Shown: piece by piece, positions 61,748 through 64,000 of the stretch
How the letters are laid out: every line of letters starts with the position of its first letter
Position numbering within the stretch: the first letter of the stretch is position 1
Notes under the pieces: generated by a model
The model's input: the letters and a program-made list of their open reading frames with translations, nothing else
The model's database searches: none
What the model was told of the DNA's origin: nothing
Position numbers and translations under genes: made by a program
Assembly: GCA_964641455.1 (NCBI GenBank)
Contig: CAZXLH010000009.1
Location: 1,534 to 65,533, forward strand
Source of the DNA: an uncultured Eubacteriales bacterium
GTDB lineage: Bacteria; Bacillota; Sulfobacillia; Fermentithermobacillales; Fermentithermobacillaceae
Direction: 5' to 3'
DNA: 64,000 bases

Positions 61748-62032
61748 TTACTTTAGAGACGTTGAACGCTGGGTATGCGCCCCGTGGCCTCTGAATGTAC
61801 GCGTGGGAGCGAATTCGCCCAACTTATGGCCTACAGCATCTTCGGTAATGTAAACCGGAACATGCTTGCGCCCATCGTGCACTGCAATAGTATGGCCTAA
61901 CATCTCGGGAACGATAGTCGAATTCCGCGCCCAAGTCCTAATAACTCTTTTTTCTTTCTTCTTATTCATAGCCCTTACTTTTGCCAAAAGCCTCGCATCA
62001 ACATAGGGCCCCTTCTTCTTTGATCGGCTCAC
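61748..62032 (-). CDS. rpsS: 30S ribosomal protein S19
   Basis: [19 protein letters not shown]...[29 protein letters not shown]. Confidence 0.93.
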   Translation of the reverse strand: MSRSKKKGPYVDARLLAKVRAMNKKKEKRVIRTWARNSTIVPEMLGHTIAVHDGRKHVPVYITEDAVGHKLGEFAPTRTFRGHGAHTQRSTSLK

Positions 62033-62052
62033 AATCGCCCCCTCCTTCCTTC

Positions 62053-62880
62053 TTATTTCCTGCGTTTAACAATCGACTTATTGGATCTCTTCTTGCGTTT
62101 CCGGGTCTTATAGCCTAACGTCGGCTTACCCCACGGAGATACAGGCCCGGGCAACCCAACAGGAGCCTTGCCCTCGCCACCCCCATGAGGGTGATCTACA
62201 GGGTTCATGGCCAAGCCCCTTACACTGGGACGCCAACCTCGGTATCTGGCGGCCCCTGCCTTACCAACAAGTACATTTTCGTGCTCTACGTTGCCTACTT
62301 GCCCAACAGTAGCTTTACATGCCACAGGCACCCTTCTCTGCTCGCCTGAAGCAAGCCGCAACAACGCATAGCCGCCTTCCTTGGCCATCAATTGAACCTG
62401 GGCTCCTGCCGCTCTTGCCAATTGGCCGCCTTTGCCGGGCACCATCTCTACGTTATGAACAAACGTGCCCGTAGGAATGTTCTCCAGAGGCAAAGCGTTA
62501 CCCGGCTTAATATCAGCATCGGTGCCGGACATTACAATGTCTCCTACCTGGATACCTACAGGAGCCAAGATATACCTCTTGTCACCGTCAGCGTAGGTTA
62601 TAAGCGCTAAACGCGCAGATCGTCCAGGATCATATTCAATCGCAGAAACTTTTCCAGGCACACCGTCTTTGTCTCGCCTAAAATCAACAATTCGTACCAG
62701 CTTTCTGGCACCCCCGCCACGGTGGCGCACAGTTATTCTGCCATGGGCATTTCGTCCTGAAAACCGCTTTTTCGAAACAACCAAACGCTTTTCAGGTTTA
62801 GTCTTCGTTATCTCTTCGAAGGTACTCGATGTGCGCTGGCGAAGCCCTGGCGTTATTGGCTTAAATTCCTTCACTGGCAA
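62053..62880 (-). CDS. rplB: 50S ribosomal protein L2
   Basis: 275 aa; [16 protein letters not shown]; [12 protein letters not shown]. Confidence 0.93.
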   Translation of the reverse strand: MPVKEFKPITPGLRQRTSSTFEEITKTKPEKRLVVSKKRFSGRNAHGRITVRHRGGGARKLVRIVDFRRDKDGVPGKVSAIEYDPGRSARLALITYADGDKRYILAPVGIQVGDIVMSGTDADIKPGNALPLENIPTGTFVHNVEMVPGKGGQLARAAGAQVQLMAKEGGYALLRLASGEQRRVPVACKATVGQVGNVEHENVLVGKAGAARYRGWRPSVRGLAMNPVDHPHGGGEGKAPVGLPGPVSPWGKPTLGYKTRKRKKRSNKSIVKRRK

Positions 62881-62906
62881 CCTAATTCCCTCCCTTTGTC
62901 GGCGTC

Positions 62907-63197
62907 CTAGACACCTTCAAAAAACTCAATGCTCTGTCCAGGTGCCAGGGTTACCATGGCTTTTTTCCAGCCGCGAGTACGCCCAACATGATACCCCATC
63001 CGCCTTGGCTTTCCTATTACGTTCACAGTATTAACCCTTAAAACCTTAACCTTGAAAATCTCTTCAATAGCATTATGAATATCTGCCTTGGTTGCTCTCG
63101 GATGTACCCGAAACGTGTATGTTCCGCGCTCCATGGCATCATGGCTTTTTTCAGTGATTACCGGTGCAAGAACAATATCTCTGGCTTCTAAACTCAT
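62907..63197 (-). CDS. rplW: 50S ribosomal protein L23
   Basis: [12 protein letters not shown]. Confidence 0.9.
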   Translation of the reverse strand: MSLEARDIVLAPVITEKSHDAMERGTYTFRVHPRATKADIHNAIEEIFKVKVLRVNTVNVIGKPRRMGYHVGRTRGWKKAMVTLAPGQSIEFFEGV

Positions 63198-63817
63198 GCC
63201 AATTCCTCCTCCAGTTTTTGAAGTGCATCTTCAGTAACCAAGAGGTTTCTCTTTGACATAACATCATACGTAGACAGTTTTCTTGCTGTGGTCACTGAAA
63301 CACCCGGAATGTTTCGAGCCGACAAAACTATATTTGGCTCTCGATCAGCCGTAACAACCAAGCAACTTTGTTCTACGCCCAACTTCTTCAACATCTCGTA
63401 TATTTCTTTGGTCTTTGGCGTTTCCATTTTCAGTTCTTTCATCACCATAATTCCATTTGCGTTAGACCTGACCGAAAGAGCAGACAAAAGCGCCTGTCTT
63501 CTCATTTTCTTAGGCAGCCGCCAACTGTAATCTCTGGCCACCGGTCCAAATGCCACTCCACCGTGCCTCCAGATAGGTGACCGGATACTGCCGTGTCTGG
63601 CTCTTCCCAAGCCTTTTTGCCTCCATGGCTTACGCCCACCGCCGGCAACTTCCGCTCTTGTCTTAACTCCGACCGTGCCTACTCGTGCGCTGTTCTGATA
63701 CGAAAGGATTGCCGCCCTAAGAAGGCTCATATTAGGCTCTACGCCAAACACCTGCTCAGAAAGGCTTACAGTGCCTAACTTTTCACCTTGTACATTATAA
63801 ACATGTGCTTCTGGCAC
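63194..63817 (-). CDS. rplD: 50S ribosomal protein L4
   Basis: 207 aa L4 family. Confidence 0.92.
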   Translation of the reverse strand: MPEAHVYNVQGEKLGTVSLSEQVFGVEPNMSLLRAAILSYQNSARVGTVGVKTRAEVAGGGRKPWRQKGLGRARHGSIRSPIWRHGGVAFGPVARDYSWRLPKKMRRQALLSALSVRSNANGIMVMKELKMETPKTKEIYEMLKKLGVEQSCLVVTADREPNIVLSARNIPGVSVTTARKLSTYDVMSKRNLLVTEDALQKLEEELA

Positions 63818-63847
63818 GAGGCTCCCTCCTTAACAAGCTCCTGTGCT

Positions 63848-64000
63848 TCACCGAGAAGCCTCTTTAATCATGACCAGGGATCCTCTGCTTCCAGGTACCC
63901 CACCGTGCACCAAAAGCAGGTTCTTCTCGGGATCTACGTTCACTACACGAAGATTCTTAACTGTAACTTTCTCATTGCCCAGATGGCCCGGCAATTTTCG
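63848..64000 (-). CDS. rplC: 50S ribosomal protein L3 (C-terminal part; gene continues beyond window end)
   Basis: Minus-strand frame ends ...VHGGVPGSRGSLVMIKEASR-TGA (stop at 63848-63850), matching the L3 C-terminus ...GNVPGAKKSLITVKSA. Confidence 0.8.
   Translation of the reverse strand, partial: RKLPGHLGNEKVTVKNLRVVNVDPEKNLLLVHGGVPGSRGSLVMIKEASR

Overview
The window reads as a low-GC Firmicute (Clostridia-like) chromosome segment, transcribed almost entirely on the minus strand; GGAGG-type ribosome-binding sites, ATGA stop/start overlaps and cortex-hydrolase-like genes (cwlD-like amidase, a GH18 YaaH-like protein) suggest an endospore-former. Left to right the sequence shows: (1) a purine block, purD-purH-purN-purM-purF-purE on the minus strand, preceded by an AzgA/PbuG-type purine permease and hpt, with pspC-domain and guaB genes on the other strand. 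(2) An orphan three-gene module with no corrinoid mutase next to it: a GlmL/MutL-family ATPase, a 469-aa unknown protein and a small membrane protein. (3) A chemotaxis operon, cheW-cheA-cheD-cheY-cheB-cheR-cheX. (4) A short accessory stretch: a GH18/SH3b/Cu-amine-oxidase-N protein; a repeat-dense non-coding island with 16-bp iteron-like and 31-bp tandem arrays around a winged-helix plus Vsr/DUF559-like endonuclease fusion gene; an M19 dipeptidase; a small ferredoxin; a double FMN-binding lipoprotein; a NYN-domain protein; tRNA-Arg(CCG); a half-size UPF0016 gene; a processive GT2 with a large insertion; and a P-loop protein resembling cyclic-2,3-diphosphoglycerate synthetase. (5) A complete oxidative ornithine (Stickland) degradation operon, ord-ortA-ortB-oraS-oraE-oraF-orr, whose last gene overlaps by 8 nt a fused LigB/Memo-AMMECR1 protein followed by an AmmeMemoRadiSam-type radical SAM enzyme. 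(6) The conserved rplC...rplQ / ecfA1-ecfA2-ecfT-truA-rplM-rpsI ribosomal block, including an unlisted rpmJ and apparently lacking rpmD. The most second-look-worthy items are the AmmeMemoRadiSam genes hard-wired into the ornithine fermentation operon, the orphan MutL-like module, and the repeat-flanked HTH-endonuclease island. All functional calls are by eye against remembered family motifs; no database searches were run.
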